Notes: generated by a model not told the origin, from the sequence alone. Counted from the first letter of the stretch, positions 9,596-19,159 are shown. The stretch: DNA of 35,823 nt from Spirochaetaceae bacterium (GCA_009783755.1 WRCW01000002.1:1-35823); one strand, 5' to 3'. Translations and numbers: made by a program.

Positions 9596-11230
9596 CTAAA
9601 ATCTCGATAGTATCAAAGGTGAAACACCTGAAAAGAAAAATATAATAATTCCAAGAAAAATAACATAAAAGAGACAATAAAATGCTGTTTTACGGAATAG
9701 ATCAGACTCTTGACCCGTGATTCCTGCAGCTGCTGCTGCAATTGCTATGCTTTGGGGAGCTATCATTTTACCTGCTGTTGCACCAGACATATTTGCTGCT
9801 GTAAGCCAATACTCATTCATACCAAGATCAAGTGCAACCCTCTTTTGAAACTCTCCAAAAAGAATACAGGAAGAAGTGTCGCTTCCTGTTAAAAATGTTC
9901 CGAGCGCGCCAATAAAAGGGGAGAAAAAGGGATAAAAACTTCCTGCAATAGTTGAAGTCCCTTTTGCAAGAAGCTCTATCATACCGCTATATCTCATTAC
10001 CATTGCAGAGGATACAAGTAAAATTATTGTCAGCAAGGATGGCTTAAGAGTTTTGAATGTCTTAAAAAGAATATTAAAAAAAACAGGTTGTTCTTTTGTT
10101 CTAAAAATATCAATTATAGCTACTATTGTAACTGCAAGAAAAATAAGCATACCTGGTGTAGTTAACCAGTAGAAAGTAATTATTTTGCCTGTTTCTTCGG
10201 GATAGAATTTTATTTTACTGCTTAATGAATCTAAAAAATATTTTGCTTTTGGGAAAAGAGGGCTTGCAAGTGCTATAAATAAAAGTATAACAAAATAAAC
10301 AGAAAGCGCATTCAAAATATTTTTTAGAGATAAACGGGTTAGATCATTTTTACTTTTCTCCAGGATATTTATGCCTGAAAATATTTGCTTGGTGTTTATA
10401 TTTTTATCATCCCCATCTATTGGATCTTCCTTCCCTTTAATTCCTGACAATGCTCTTTTCTTTCTTACAGAAGAAACAATAATTACAGCAACCATTCCAG
10501 ATATAGCTCCTGCAGTGGTTGGCAGTTGTGGTCCAAGAAATATTGCAACCAGAAGATGAGTTATTCCAAAACCCAGGGAAGCGGCTATGGCTTCAGGGAA
10601 ATATTTCAAAGATTTTTTAAAAGATTTTTCTGTTAACACAACAAGGAGAAATGGAATAAAAAAAGCAATGACAATAAGCTGCAGAACAATAAATGTTGAT
10701 GAAATGCTTATGTCTATATCTGCCATTATCGAGAGGGTGATTGCAGGAATTCCTATTGCGCCAAACCCGGTTGATACAGTATTTCCCAAAAGACAAACAA
10801 AAGCAGAAAAAAAAGGGTTGAACCCAAGAGCGATCATTATTCCTACAGGTATTGCTACTGCTGTACCATACCCGGCAATCCCCTCAAGAAAATTTCCAAG
10901 CCCCCAAACAAGCAAAAGGACAAGAACACTTTTTTCGCTGCTGGTAGAAACTATTAGTTTTTTTATAATTTCCATTCTGCCTGTTACTGTAATAAAATTG
11001 TAGGAAAATATTGCTGCAAATATAACAATAACCATTGGCCAGATGGCAAGACAAACCCCTTCCGCAATACTCATGGTTAAAAGATATATTTTTTGGTTAA
11101 AGCAAAAAGCTGCCACAAGAATAGCAGTTGCAAGAGCAACCAGCGCAGAATAAATCGGAGGTATCTTAAAAAAGCCTATGAGCGCGATAAGGCAAAGAAC
11201 AGGCGCCAAAGCTGCAAAAAATAACACCAT
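9596..11230 (-). CDS. L-lactate/glycolate permease (LctP family)
   Basis: 544 aa and polytopic. The N-terminal pattern LAPVLCLIALIGFFKIP...ALVALA and overall length and architecture fit LctP. Confidence 0.8.
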   Translation of the reverse strand: MVLFFAALAPVLCLIALIGFFKIPPIYSALVALATAILVAAFCFNQKIYLLTMSIAEGVCLAIWPMVIVIFAAIFSYNFITVTGRMEIIKKLIVSTSSEKSVLVLLLVWGLGNFLEGIAGYGTAVAIPVGIMIALGFNPFFSAFVCLLGNTVSTGFGAIGIPAITLSIMADIDISISSTFIVLQLIVIAFFIPFLLVVLTEKSFKKSLKYFPEAIAASLGFGITHLLVAIFLGPQLPTTAGAISGMVAVIIVSSVRKKRALSGIKGKEDPIDGDDKNINTKQIFSGINILEKSKNDLTRLSLKNILNALSVYFVILLFIALASPLFPKAKYFLDSLSSKIKFYPEETGKIITFYWLTTPGMLIFLAVTIVAIIDIFRTKEQPVFFNILFKTFKTLKPSLLTIILLVSSAMVMRYSGMIELLAKGTSTIAGSFYPFFSPFIGALGTFLTGSDTSSCILFGEFQKRVALDLGMNEYWLTAANMSGATAGKMIAPQSIAIAAAAAGITGQESDLFRKTAFYCLFYVIFLGIIIFFFSGVSPLILSRF

Positions 11231-11232
11231 AT

Positions 11233-12495
11233 TTATTCCTTTCGAATAGTTATCACAATATTATTGATTTTTGTAATAGAAACAGAATTGACAGTTAATA
11301 TAACATTTTTAAAAGATATCACATCTTTTTTCTTTGGTATTCTTCCAAGTTCATCAATTACATATCCTCCAATTGTCTGAGAAAATCTTCCTATTGGAAG
11401 ATTTGTTCCAAGTCTGTCATTTACTGTGCTTATCAATGCATTTCCCTGCACAAGATATGTATTTTCACCTGCCGGAGTTATTTTTTCACTTTCCATTTGC
11501 ATGGAATCTCTTTCATCATAAAGTTCTCCGACGATCTCTTCCAGAATATCTTCCATTGTTACGATTCCGGCAAGACCGCTATATTCATCAAGCACAATAG
11601 CCAAATTTCGTTTTTCTTTTTGCATTATAAAAAGAGCTTCCCGGATCTTTTTAGTTACAGAGATAAAAAAAGGAGGGATCATGATATCGGATAACTTTAT
11701 AAGAGAAACATCATCTGTTGCGCTGGATATTTTTTTAACAAGGTCTTTTACCAGCACTATACCTACAATATTTTCCTGATTTTTATCAAATACAGGAATA
11801 CGGGAAAATCCTTTTGAACTTATTAGTTCCATTACATCTTTTATAAGAACGCCCTGTTCAAGACTAAAAACATCTGTCCTGTATGTCATTATGCTGCTAA
11901 TATTCTGTTGTCCAAGACGAAATACAGCATGTACCATTTCTGTCTCATAATCTTCGAGAACACCCTGGGCATCGGCATATTTTATAAGTCTTAAAATTGC
12001 ACCTGTTGTTATTGGATCTTTCTGTTTTTTCGAAAATCGTCTTGTAATAAATTTGCTTATGATAGTGATAAAAAAAACAAATGGTGAAAAAATAATAATA
12101 ATAAAATTTAGCAATGGAGCAGCAATAACTGCAATTCTCTGATTATGCGCAAGCGCAATATTCTTGGGAACTACATCTCCAAAAATCAATACAAAAAGCG
12201 TTAAAATACCTGTCATGATACCAATAACAGCTTCTCCAAAGAGTTGTAATGTGATTTTGGTAGCCAGTACAGAAATCGTAATATTTGCAAGATTGCTGCC
12301 TGCAAGAACTGTTGTAAGAAATTTTTCAGGCTTCTTAAGAATTTTTTTTATCAGCCTTACTCTTTTAGCGCGCTTTTCTGCAATAGATTCTATTTGAATA
12401 GAAGAGAGCGATGTAAAAGCAGTTTCTGCCAGAGAACAAAAAGCAGAGAAAAATAACAAGATAATAATTGCCAGGAGTTCCAGTCTTATTATCAT
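11233..12495 (-). CDS. CNNM/DUF21-CBS-CorC_HlyC family transporter (hemolysin-related, TlyC-like)
   Basis: 420 aa. N-terminal 4-TM DUF21, then a CBS pair (IMTYRTDVFSL...IPVFDKNQENIVGIVLVKDL), then a C-terminal CorC/HlyC transporter-associated domain. Confidence 0.85.
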   Translation of the reverse strand: MIIRLELLAIIILLFFSAFCSLAETAFTSLSSIQIESIAEKRAKRVRLIKKILKKPEKFLTTVLAGSNLANITISVLATKITLQLFGEAVIGIMTGILTLFVLIFGDVVPKNIALAHNQRIAVIAAPLLNFIIIIFSPFVFFITIISKFITRRFSKKQKDPITTGAILRLIKYADAQGVLEDYETEMVHAVFRLGQQNISSIMTYRTDVFSLEQGVLIKDVMELISSKGFSRIPVFDKNQENIVGIVLVKDLVKKISSATDDVSLIKLSDIMIPPFFISVTKKIREALFIMQKEKRNLAIVLDEYSGLAGIVTMEDILEEIVGELYDERDSMQMESEKITPAGENTYLVQGNALISTVNDRLGTNLPIGRFSQTIGGYVIDELGRIPKKKDVISFKNVILTVNSVSITKINNIVITIRKE

Positions 12496-12531
12496 AAATT
12501 AAAACCAGACTTTAAAAAATTGTTCAGGTTA

Positions 12532-13872
12532 TCAATCATCTATTGATTTACTACTTTTATTTTTTTCAATTTCAAGGTGTTTAAACACAGAAGGCATTTT
12601 CTTTTCCAGGGTTGCCATCCGTTTTGCAACTTCCCTAATCTCATCTTTAAGAATAAAGATACAATCGCTTTTTTCAGCATAGCCTCTTACTATATCTTCT
12701 GCAAGCGCCCTGCAGGTGGGAGCGCCGCATGATCCGCAATCAAGGCCTGGAAGTTCTTTGTGGATAGTATCAAGTTGTTCCATTTTTTTCATAGCTATTT
12801 CAATATCTTCATCCAGCTTCATAATTGGTTTTGAATATATTTCCTGTGTCCATGCAAGATCAAAACCAGGTTTTTTAAGTATTTCATCGCCCAAAACAAC
12901 GTTATGATTCTCTTTTAAAACCCTTTTTAGTGCAGACCTGGCTATAAACGTGTTTTCAACATTTAAGGTTCCGCCAACGCAACCACCAGGACAAGCCATT
13001 GCTTCTATAAAATCAATATCATCTATATCTTCGTTTTCGATTTGTTCAAGAACTTTTATTACCTGCTGAATTCCATCAACAGAAATACTTTTTGTAGCAC
13101 CTATTGCATTGCTTTCGCCATCGCTGTGAGCCCAACCTATTCCTGCAGCTGAAACATTTGAATACCTTGTGGGATTTTTGATTTTCTTAATAGCTGTTCT
13201 TAATTCCAGGTAAATAGTACTTGCCCCTATTATTCCATCAACAAAAGAACTTTCATCTCCTATCGGAGACCTTACTGCAGTAACTTTTGCAGGGCAAGGA
13301 GAAATAAAAAAAACTCCTATGTTTTTTTTATCCTTATGTAATATTTTTTTTACAACTCTTGCAGCAACTTCCATTGGAGACTGTATTTGTATAACGTGGT
13401 CAATAAGAGCAGGAAACCTTGCCTGTATAAGCCTTACAACAGCAGGACAAGATGATGATATAAGAGGTTTTGGACCTTTGCTTGTTTTAATCATTTTTTT
13501 AGTTGCAATGGTTACTATTTCTGCTGCTCGTGCAACTTCATATACATCATCAAACCCTATTTCAAGCAAAGCAGAAAGAATATATTCGGGTTTTTCTACT
13601 TCCTTAAATTGTCCATATAAACTTGGAGCAGGAATAGCTACTTTAAAATCATATTTATTTATTATATCGAGAGAATCAGATACTGCTTTTTTTGCCTGAG
13701 AAGGGCAACTACGTATACATTCACCGCAATCAATACATCTATCTGTTATTATATAAGCTTTTCCATCCCTGACCCTGATTGCTTCTGTGGGACAATTTGA
13801 TATGCAGTTTGTACATCCTCGGCAGAGTGTTTCATCTAGGGTAACTGAATGGTAATAATCTTTTTTTTCCAT
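12532..13872 (-). CDS. [FeFe]-hydrogenase-like protein, putative sensory type (2x[4Fe-4S] ferredoxin domain + H-domain + C-terminal CxxCxxxxC Fe-S domain)
   Basis: CRGCTNCISNCP and CIDCGECIRSCP ferredoxin motifs. H-cluster motifs are L1 = SSSCPAV (canonical TSCCP), L2 = SPCPAK, L3 = EAMACPGGCVGG. C-terminal LDCGSCGAPTC. The track start is TTG at 13914; I prefer ATG at 13872 (MEKKDYYHS...). Confidence 0.8.
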   Translation of the reverse strand: MEKKDYYHSVTLDETLCRGCTNCISNCPTEAIRVRDGKAYIITDRCIDCGECIRSCPSQAKKAVSDSLDIINKYDFKVAIPAPSLYGQFKEVEKPEYILSALLEIGFDDVYEVARAAEIVTIATKKMIKTSKGPKPLISSSCPAVVRLIQARFPALIDHVIQIQSPMEVAARVVKKILHKDKKNIGVFFISPCPAKVTAVRSPIGDESSFVDGIIGASTIYLELRTAIKKIKNPTRYSNVSAAGIGWAHSDGESNAIGATKSISVDGIQQVIKVLEQIENEDIDDIDFIEAMACPGGCVGGTLNVENTFIARSALKRVLKENHNVVLGDEILKKPGFDLAWTQEIYSKPIMKLDEDIEIAMKKMEQLDTIHKELPGLDCGSCGAPTCRALAEDIVRGYAEKSDCIFILKDEIREVAKRMATLEKKMPSVFKHLEIEKNKSSKSIDD

Positions 13873-13923
13873 AAATAAAAATAATTCCGCTTTTAGAAGA
13901 AAAAAGAGAAACAAAATGAGATT

Positions 13924-14337
13924 TTATGCAAACTTTACTTTAATAATAACAGTAGTCCCTTCTCCAGGCTTACTTTTTATTTCCATAAAGTCAGAATTTC
14001 TTTTAATGTTGGGAAGCCCCATCCCTGCGCCAAATCCCATTTCACGTATCATGTCCGTAGCTGTGGAATATCCCTCCTGCATTGCAAGGTCAATATCAGG
14101 TATACCTGGCCCTTTGTCTGCTACAGTCATTGTAACAATTTCCGGAGTTATGTCTATATGAACATCACCACCTCCGCCATGGATAACCATATTAATTTCA
14201 GCTTCATAAAGAGAAATAACTGCTTTTTTTATAATAGCAGGGTTAATACCAAGTTGCAAAAGTTTCTTCTTCAAAGTACTTGATGGAATACCTGCAGCAG
14301 ACATATCTCCTTCAGATATGTTAAATTTTAATTCCAT
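13924..14337 (-). CDS. RsbW/SpoIIAB-like anti-sigma regulatory Ser/Thr kinase (single HATPase_c domain)
   Basis: 137 aa. LYEAEINMVIHGG (N-box-like), DKGPGIPD and GFGAGMGL (G-boxes). Lies directly upstream of the hydrogenase-like gene. Confidence 0.7.
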   Translation of the reverse strand: MELKFNISEGDMSAAGIPSSTLKKKLLQLGINPAIIKKAVISLYEAEINMVIHGGGGDVHIDITPEIVTMTVADKGPGIPDIDLAMQEGYSTATDMIREMGFGAGMGLPNIKRNSDFMEIKSKPGEGTTVIIKVKFA

Positions 14338-14347
14338 ATTTTTTCAG

Positions 14348-14896
14348 TTACCACCTAAAGTAGATTACAGGAGGATAAGCTTTTTTTACTGAAACTGCAA
14401 GAGTCATTCCTCCAGCAATTCCAGCCAGATTCTGAATTATATTACCTGGTATCTCAACCAATGCAGCTCCAGGACCAACCAGAAGAAGTCCTGCCAAAAA
14501 ATAGCCCAATACCATTACAATTGCTCCCACAAGAAAACACAAAAGAGCTTGTAAAAATATATTGACTTTGCAATTTTCTTTTAAAAAAATATTATAAACA
14601 ATTGCAATAAAAAATCCCTGATGTCCATGAACAATAAATGAAACAGGCGCCCACTTGCCATATCCACCAAGAAGATCTGCAATACCTGTTCCAAGCCCTC
14701 CAGCAAGAAAAGCTGAAACAGGGCCAAATATAAATGCTATAAAAAATATTGCTACATCTCCAAGATTCACATAACCACGAGTAGGAGCAATTGGGATTCT
14801 CACAACAATTGTAAAAATCGTAACAATTGCAGATAAAATTACTACTGAAGCTATCTTAAAAGCTAATGTATCAGAAAATCTTTCTGTTTTTGGCAC
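14348..14896 (-). CDS. ECF transporter substrate-binding (S) component, substrate unknown
   Basis: 182 aa, 5-6 TM. RGYVNLGDVAIFF...GGLGTGIADLLGGYGKWAPVSFIVHG resembles the ECF-type S-component family (PF07155-like pattern, recalled from memory). Follows EcfA/EcfT. Confidence 0.65.
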   Translation of the reverse strand: MPKTERFSDTLAFKIASVVILSAIVTIFTIVVRIPIAPTRGYVNLGDVAIFFIAFIFGPVSAFLAGGLGTGIADLLGGYGKWAPVSFIVHGHQGFFIAIVYNIFLKENCKVNIFLQALLCFLVGAIVMVLGYFLAGLLLVGPGAALVEIPGNIIQNLAGIAGGMTLAVSVKKAYPPVIYFRW

Positions 14897-14903
14897 TTTA
14901 TCC

Positions 14904-15680
14904 TCATAGAAAAATGTAATATACGATAATCAATATAACAAAAAATGACAATATAAGCTCTCTCCACAGCTTTTTTATCCCATCCATTTTTCTGATTTTT
15001 CCAGGTGTGTTTGTTCTTCCTATTCCCCTTGTTTCAAGAACCATTGCAAGAGTTGGTATACTTTTAACAGACTGGATCAAAACCGAGGCAAGTACAGAAA
15101 GGAGTTTTTTAAACCTTAAAGGAAAGTTCCATTTTGAAACAGATTCAGAATATCTGGTAAGTCTCATTTTATGAGCATCTCTTGTATTTTCATAAATTGT
15201 TGCAGCATAAGGGAGATATCTGAAGGTAAGAGAAATAATAAGTGCTGCTTTATATGGAAGCCTGAAAAACCTTAAGGAAAGTGTAAGATCTTCTATTTTT
15301 GTTGTTTTCAAAAATAAATAAAAAAGAAAAGTTAATCCAGAAAAACGAGCTATAAGATAAAATGCTTCGTAAAGTCCTTTATCTGTAATAAAAGGGTAGT
15401 CAAAAACCATCATATATACTTTTCCACCAGGATAGAATGGAGGGGTAAAGATAGTTATCATTAAAAGAAGAGGAAAGATTGCTTTTATTGGTTTTATTAT
15501 TTCTTTAAAACCAACAGCAAAAATCGCTGTTAAAAAAACAAAAGCAATGATTACATAATATTTTACACAAGAAAGAGGGAGAAAAAAATATATTGATAAA
15601 AGCAAAAGAAAAAAGAGTTTAATTCTTGGATCAAATCTGTGAAGAAAACTGTTTTTTTTAAGATATGCTCCTGAAATCAT
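14904..15680 (-). CDS. ecfT: ECF transporter transmembrane (T) component, EcfT/CbiQ family
   Basis: 258 aa and polytopic. It has the conserved Arg-containing coupling-helix region (TRDAHKMR..., ETRG) and sits between the ATPase and S-component genes. Confidence 0.75.
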   Translation of the reverse strand: MISGAYLKKNSFLHRFDPRIKLFFLLLLSIYFFLPLSCVKYYVIIAFVFLTAIFAVGFKEIIKPIKAIFPLLLMITIFTPPFYPGGKVYMMVFDYPFITDKGLYEAFYLIARFSGLTFLFYLFLKTTKIEDLTLSLRFFRLPYKAALIISLTFRYLPYAATIYENTRDAHKMRLTRYSESVSKWNFPLRFKKLLSVLASVLIQSVKSIPTLAMVLETRGIGRTNTPGKIRKMDGIKKLWRELILSFFVILIIVYYIFL

Positions 15681-15682
15681 CG

Positions 15683-17230
15683 TTACCCATCTCCTGTTGT
15701 TGAAATATCCAAAAGGTTGGTTAACTTTTTTTCACAATCTGACTCAACGAATGTTCCATTTTCCATAATAATGATTCTGTCTGCGAATCCCACAGAAAGC
15801 TTTATATCATGCGAGATGATCATTATTGCTGGCACGGGATCAAGACTTCGAATATTTTTTATAATAAAAGCATAATCTTTAAAAGATATACCTGAATCTG
15901 CTTCATCAATAATTACTATTTTTTTATTAAGAAGATAATAGATAGCTGCCTGAAGCCTTTTCCTTGCTCCATAGCTCATTAAAGCAGGAGGCATATCACA
16001 ATTATCAAGGTGAAAAAGATCTATTGCTTCATTAACCAGCTTTTTGATTTCTGATTTATCCTTACTACTCCCTTTTAATCCAAATGCAAGTTCCTCCCCT
16101 ACTGTCGGGAGAAAAAGTTGCAGATCTGGATTTTGGAAAAAATAAGAGACATTTTTATTTAGTTCATCTGAAGATCTCTCTTTTAATTTGCCGTTATCGT
16201 CAATCATGATTTTACCGGATCCAGCAGATGGCTTAAGAAGTCCGCTGATTATTTTTGCAAATGTTGATTTCCCTGAACCATTTTTTCCAATAAGAACAAC
16301 AATTTCGCCGCTTTTAAGATAAAAGTCATTGATATTAAGTGCAAAATCTCCGTTGTCATATTTAAAATAAATATTCTCTGCTTTTAGAAAAATATTTTCT
16401 GCACCAGGGTCTTGCCCATTGCTTTGTTTTGACTCAGGATTAATTTTTTCAGTATCAAGATAAAGACCTGTCTCAATGGCTTTTGCCATAAAACTGTTCT
16501 TCTGCATATTCGGCGTGTCCGACGTGTCCAGTGTGTCTGGAATTTTAGTTTCTTCAATAAGTTCTTTGCCATCATAGAGAAAAAACCTGCTGCAATATTT
16601 TTTATAAATATCAAGCATTTTTGAAGTAAGAATAAAAACTGTTTTGTTTAGATCTCTAAGAAGGTTTAGGAGCGAAACCCTGCTCTGCGGATCAATCTCT
16701 TCAAAAGTTTCATCCAGGACCCAAATCTCCGGATCAAGAGCTAAAAGAGCTGCAAGCAGGAGCTTGCGCTTTTCTCCTCCTGAAAGCTGGGAAGGATTCA
16801 TCCCTTTTAAATGTGCGATTCCAATTTTCTCAAGCACATCATCTGTTTTATTTTTTATAAAATCATAATCATGGCCAAGGGCTTCAAGAGCAAAACCTAT
16901 TTCACTTTCAACTTCCGTAGTAAGGATCTGCTCCTCGGGATTCTGAAAAACAATCCCGATTTTCGTAATAAGGTTATATGCCCTTTCTTCTGTTATATCT
17001 GTACCATCTATAAAAATATTCCCATCAAGATTTCCGCCTGTGTATCTTGGAACCAGCGAAGTCAATATTCCTGAAAGAGTTGTTTTTCCTGATTCCGGAG
17101 GTGCAAGAAAAAGGGTAATTTCACCTTTCTTTAATGAGAAAGAAAAATTATTGAATATATTTTTCTCTTTTACATATTTATACTGAGGATATCTGAAACT
17201 AATATCTTTTACTTTAAGAAAATCGCTCAT
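15683..17230 (-). CDS. Fused tandem ECF/ABC ATPase (EcfA1-EcfA2-like, two nucleotide-binding domains)
   Basis: Two Walker A motifs (PPESGKTT, GKNGSGKST), an ABC signature LSGGEKRK and Walker B motifs (WVLDETF, VIIDEADS). The track start is TTG at 17236; ATG at 17230 is preferred. No clear Shine-Dalgarno. Confidence 0.9.
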   Translation of the reverse strand: MSDFLKVKDISFRYPQYKYVKEKNIFNNFSFSLKKGEITLFLAPPESGKTTLSGILTSLVPRYTGGNLDGNIFIDGTDITEERAYNLITKIGIVFQNPEEQILTTEVESEIGFALEALGHDYDFIKNKTDDVLEKIGIAHLKGMNPSQLSGGEKRKLLLAALLALDPEIWVLDETFEEIDPQSRVSLLNLLRDLNKTVFILTSKMLDIYKKYCSRFFLYDGKELIEETKIPDTLDTSDTPNMQKNSFMAKAIETGLYLDTEKINPESKQSNGQDPGAENIFLKAENIYFKYDNGDFALNINDFYLKSGEIVVLIGKNGSGKSTFAKIISGLLKPSAGSGKIMIDDNGKLKERSSDELNKNVSYFFQNPDLQLFLPTVGEELAFGLKGSSKDKSEIKKLVNEAIDLFHLDNCDMPPALMSYGARKRLQAAIYYLLNKKIVIIDEADSGISFKDYAFIIKNIRSLDPVPAIMIISHDIKLSVGFADRIIIMENGTFVESDCEKKLTNLLDISTTGDG

Positions 17231-17241
17231 AACCAATAATA

Positions 17242-17287
17242 AAGGATATTAATATCGCAGGGCAAGCCCTGAGAAATCAATATCCTT
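17242..17287 (-). terminator. Hairpin followed (minus-strand sense) by TTTATTATT; probable intrinsic terminator of fabD-fabG and a copy of a repeat module also present at 35511-35554
   Basis: AAGGATATT (17242-17250) pairs with AATATCCTT (17279-17287). There is an inner CAGGG-caag-CCCTG hairpin. It lies ~60 nt downstream of the fabG stop. Confidence 0.5.
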
Positions 17288-17347
17288 TGCCAGCTTGTCT
17301 CTCTTTGCCTGGCATCCCATAAACTTCCCTGGTGTAGTGGATAATAA

Positions 17348-18091
17348 TTACATTCCCATTCCACCATCAATCTTAATTACTTCTCCGGTTACATAAGAAG
17401 AAAGTTCAGATGCAAGAAAAAGAACAACAGAAGCAACTTCTGATGGAAGACCAAGCCTTGTAAGTGGTATTTTCTCGGAAAGAGCTTTTACCTGTGCTTC
17501 ATTGAGCTTGTCTGTCATTGGTGTTTTTATAAAACCTGGAGCAACAGCGTTTACCCTTACTCCTCTTGAAGCTACTTCACGAGCAAGGCTTTTTGTAAAA
17601 CCAATAAGACCTGCTTTTGATGCAGAGTAATTTGTTTGTCCGCCATTACCGATTACACCAACAATAGAAGCAATATTTACAATGGAACCACCCCGTTGTT
17701 TGATCATTGCCCTTGAGATAACTTTGCTTATATAAAATGCGCTTGTAAGATTTATTTTAAGTACATCTTCCCAATCTTTTGCAGCCATTCTGAAAATAAG
17801 ACCATCTCTTGTGATACCCGCGTTATTTACCAGTATATCAACACCATTGCTTTCTTCAAGTATTTTTTCGCAAACAGCTGTTATCTCTTCCTCTTCCGCT
17901 ACATTACCCTTATGAAAAAAAACTTCACACCCTTTTTCTTTTGCAATACCTTTATATTCAGCCATGCAGTCGCCTTCCGCAAGATCAATATAATATACCG
18001 TTGCGCCATTGTTGAGAAAAGATAATACTATTTCCCTCCCTATACCTCTGGCTCCTCCTGTTATGAGCGCTTTTTTACCTTTTAACAGCAT
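17348..18091 (-). CDS. fabG: 3-oxoacyl-[acyl-carrier-protein] reductase
   Basis: 247 aa SDR. TGGARGIGREI cofactor motif, NNAGITRD, YSASKAG catalytic motif, and adjacency to fabD. Confidence 0.9.
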   Translation of the reverse strand: MLLKGKKALITGGARGIGREIVLSFLNNGATVYYIDLAEGDCMAEYKGIAKEKGCEVFFHKGNVAEEEEITAVCEKILEESNGVDILVNNAGITRDGLIFRMAAKDWEDVLKINLTSAFYISKVISRAMIKQRGGSIVNIASIVGVIGNGGQTNYSASKAGLIGFTKSLAREVASRGVRVNAVAPGFIKTPMTDKLNEAQVKALSEKIPLTRLGLPSEVASVVLFLASELSSYVTGEVIKIDGGMGM

Positions 18092-18102
18092 TATTGCCTC
18101 CT

Positions 18103-19035
18103 TTATCCTTTTAATTTAATAATATTTTCAACTGTTCCTGCAGGATAACATACTATATCCCCTCCAACAGATTTCCATAATCCTGTTAAAACACTTCCAG
18201 GGCCTGATTCTATACACATTTGAACACCTTCTTCAAGAAGATGCTTCTCCTCATTGACCCATAAAACTGTTTTAGTAAGCTGCTGTGATGAAAGCTGTTT
18301 TGCCTCATCTCCTGTTGTTACAAGGTTTCCTGTTACATTTGAAAAAACTTTTTTAACAGGATCATTATACTTAATTTTCTGAATTATTTCTTTATATTCG
18401 ATTTCAGCTTCTTTCATTAAAGGACAATGAAATGGACCTGAAACTTTTAATCTTATATACCTTTTTGCTCCTGCATCTTTTAAAATCTTTTCAGCTTCCA
18501 AAAGCCCTTTATCTGTTCCTGATATTACAATTTGGGAAGGGCTGTTATAATTCGCAATAAATACTTCTTTCATATTTTCACTAGCAATTACAGACGAGAT
18601 TTTATCATAATCAAGCCCTATGACTGCAGCCATTCCAGGAGAGCCTGTAGGAGAATCAAGCACCCTGCTTGCTTTTTCCATAATGCGGCCTCTCTCTTTT
18701 ACAATATAAAATAAAGTATCTGTTTCAATAATTCCAGCATCCCAAAATGCCGCAACTTCACCAAGACTAAAACCAGCACAAAGAGCGCTTTCAATTCCTT
18801 CATCCTTAAGAAGCATTGAAGATGCAATATTCATAAGTGTAACTGCAACCTGGGTTTTATCTGTTGGTTTTAAATCCTCTTCAGATCCTTCAAAAAGGAG
18901 CTTTTCTAAATTTATCCCTGCACTTTCCGAAGCTGTTTTAAAAAGTTTTTTAATTTTATCACTATAATCATAGAGATCTTTCCCCATTCCGGGATATTGA
19001 GCCCCTTGTCCCGGGTATAAAAAACATTTTTTCAT
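18103..19035 (-). CDS. fabD: Malonyl CoA-acyl carrier protein transacylase
   Basis: FLYPGQGAQYPGMG, the GFSLGE active-site serine motif and the length fit FabD. The track start is TTG at 19047; ATG at 19035 has a GGGGG Shine-Dalgarno and is preferred. Confidence 0.9.
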   Translation of the reverse strand: MKKCFLYPGQGAQYPGMGKDLYDYSDKIKKLFKTASESAGINLEKLLFEGSEEDLKPTDKTQVAVTLMNIASSMLLKDEGIESALCAGFSLGEVAAFWDAGIIETDTLFYIVKERGRIMEKASRVLDSPTGSPGMAAVIGLDYDKISSVIASENMKEVFIANYNSPSQIVISGTDKGLLEAEKILKDAGAKRYIRLKVSGPFHCPLMKEAEIEYKEIIQKIKYNDPVKKVFSNVTGNLVTTGDEAKQLSSQQLTKTVLWVNEEKHLLEEGVQMCIESGPGSVLTGLWKSVGGDIVCYPAGTVENIIKLKG

Positions 19036-19105
19036 TTTTTCCCCCAAAAAAGTTTTAATCTTGCTGTTTTAATTTAATAAGCTTTAATTAGTTAAACGGG
19101 CGAAA

Positions 19106-19133
19106 AATATCACAAGAGATTAAAGAATGTCAA
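19106..19133 (-). promoter_or_regulatory. Candidate sigma-70-type promoter for fabD-fabG (TTGACA, 16 nt spacer, TGtGATATT)
   Basis: Reverse complement of 19106-19133 reads TTGACATTCTTTAATCTCTTGTGATATT, ~70 nt upstream of the fabD ATG. Confidence 0.3.
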
Positions 19134-19159
19134 CGGTAAAAAAGGAAATTAAAAAAAAA

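Noticed and set aside
17311-17318. Octamer TGGCATCC recurring in three GC-rich intergenic islands (17311, 26292, 31354)
   Set aside because: An 8-mer recurring three times in ~72 kb of two-strand sequence is within chance expectation. It is noted only as a possible seed for a genome-wide search.
17237-17347. Possible riboswitch (THF- or TPP-like) in the 5' region of the ECF transporter operon. The minus-strand RNA contains AUGGGAUG and GAGAGA strings, and the plus strand contains CUGAGA.
   Set aside because: Only short fragments resemble the consensus, and I could not build the THF or TPP secondary structures. The dominant hairpin is shared with an unrelated locus (35511-35554) and is followed by a U-rich run, so a terminator or repeat module explains it better. 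An Rfam scan would settle it.
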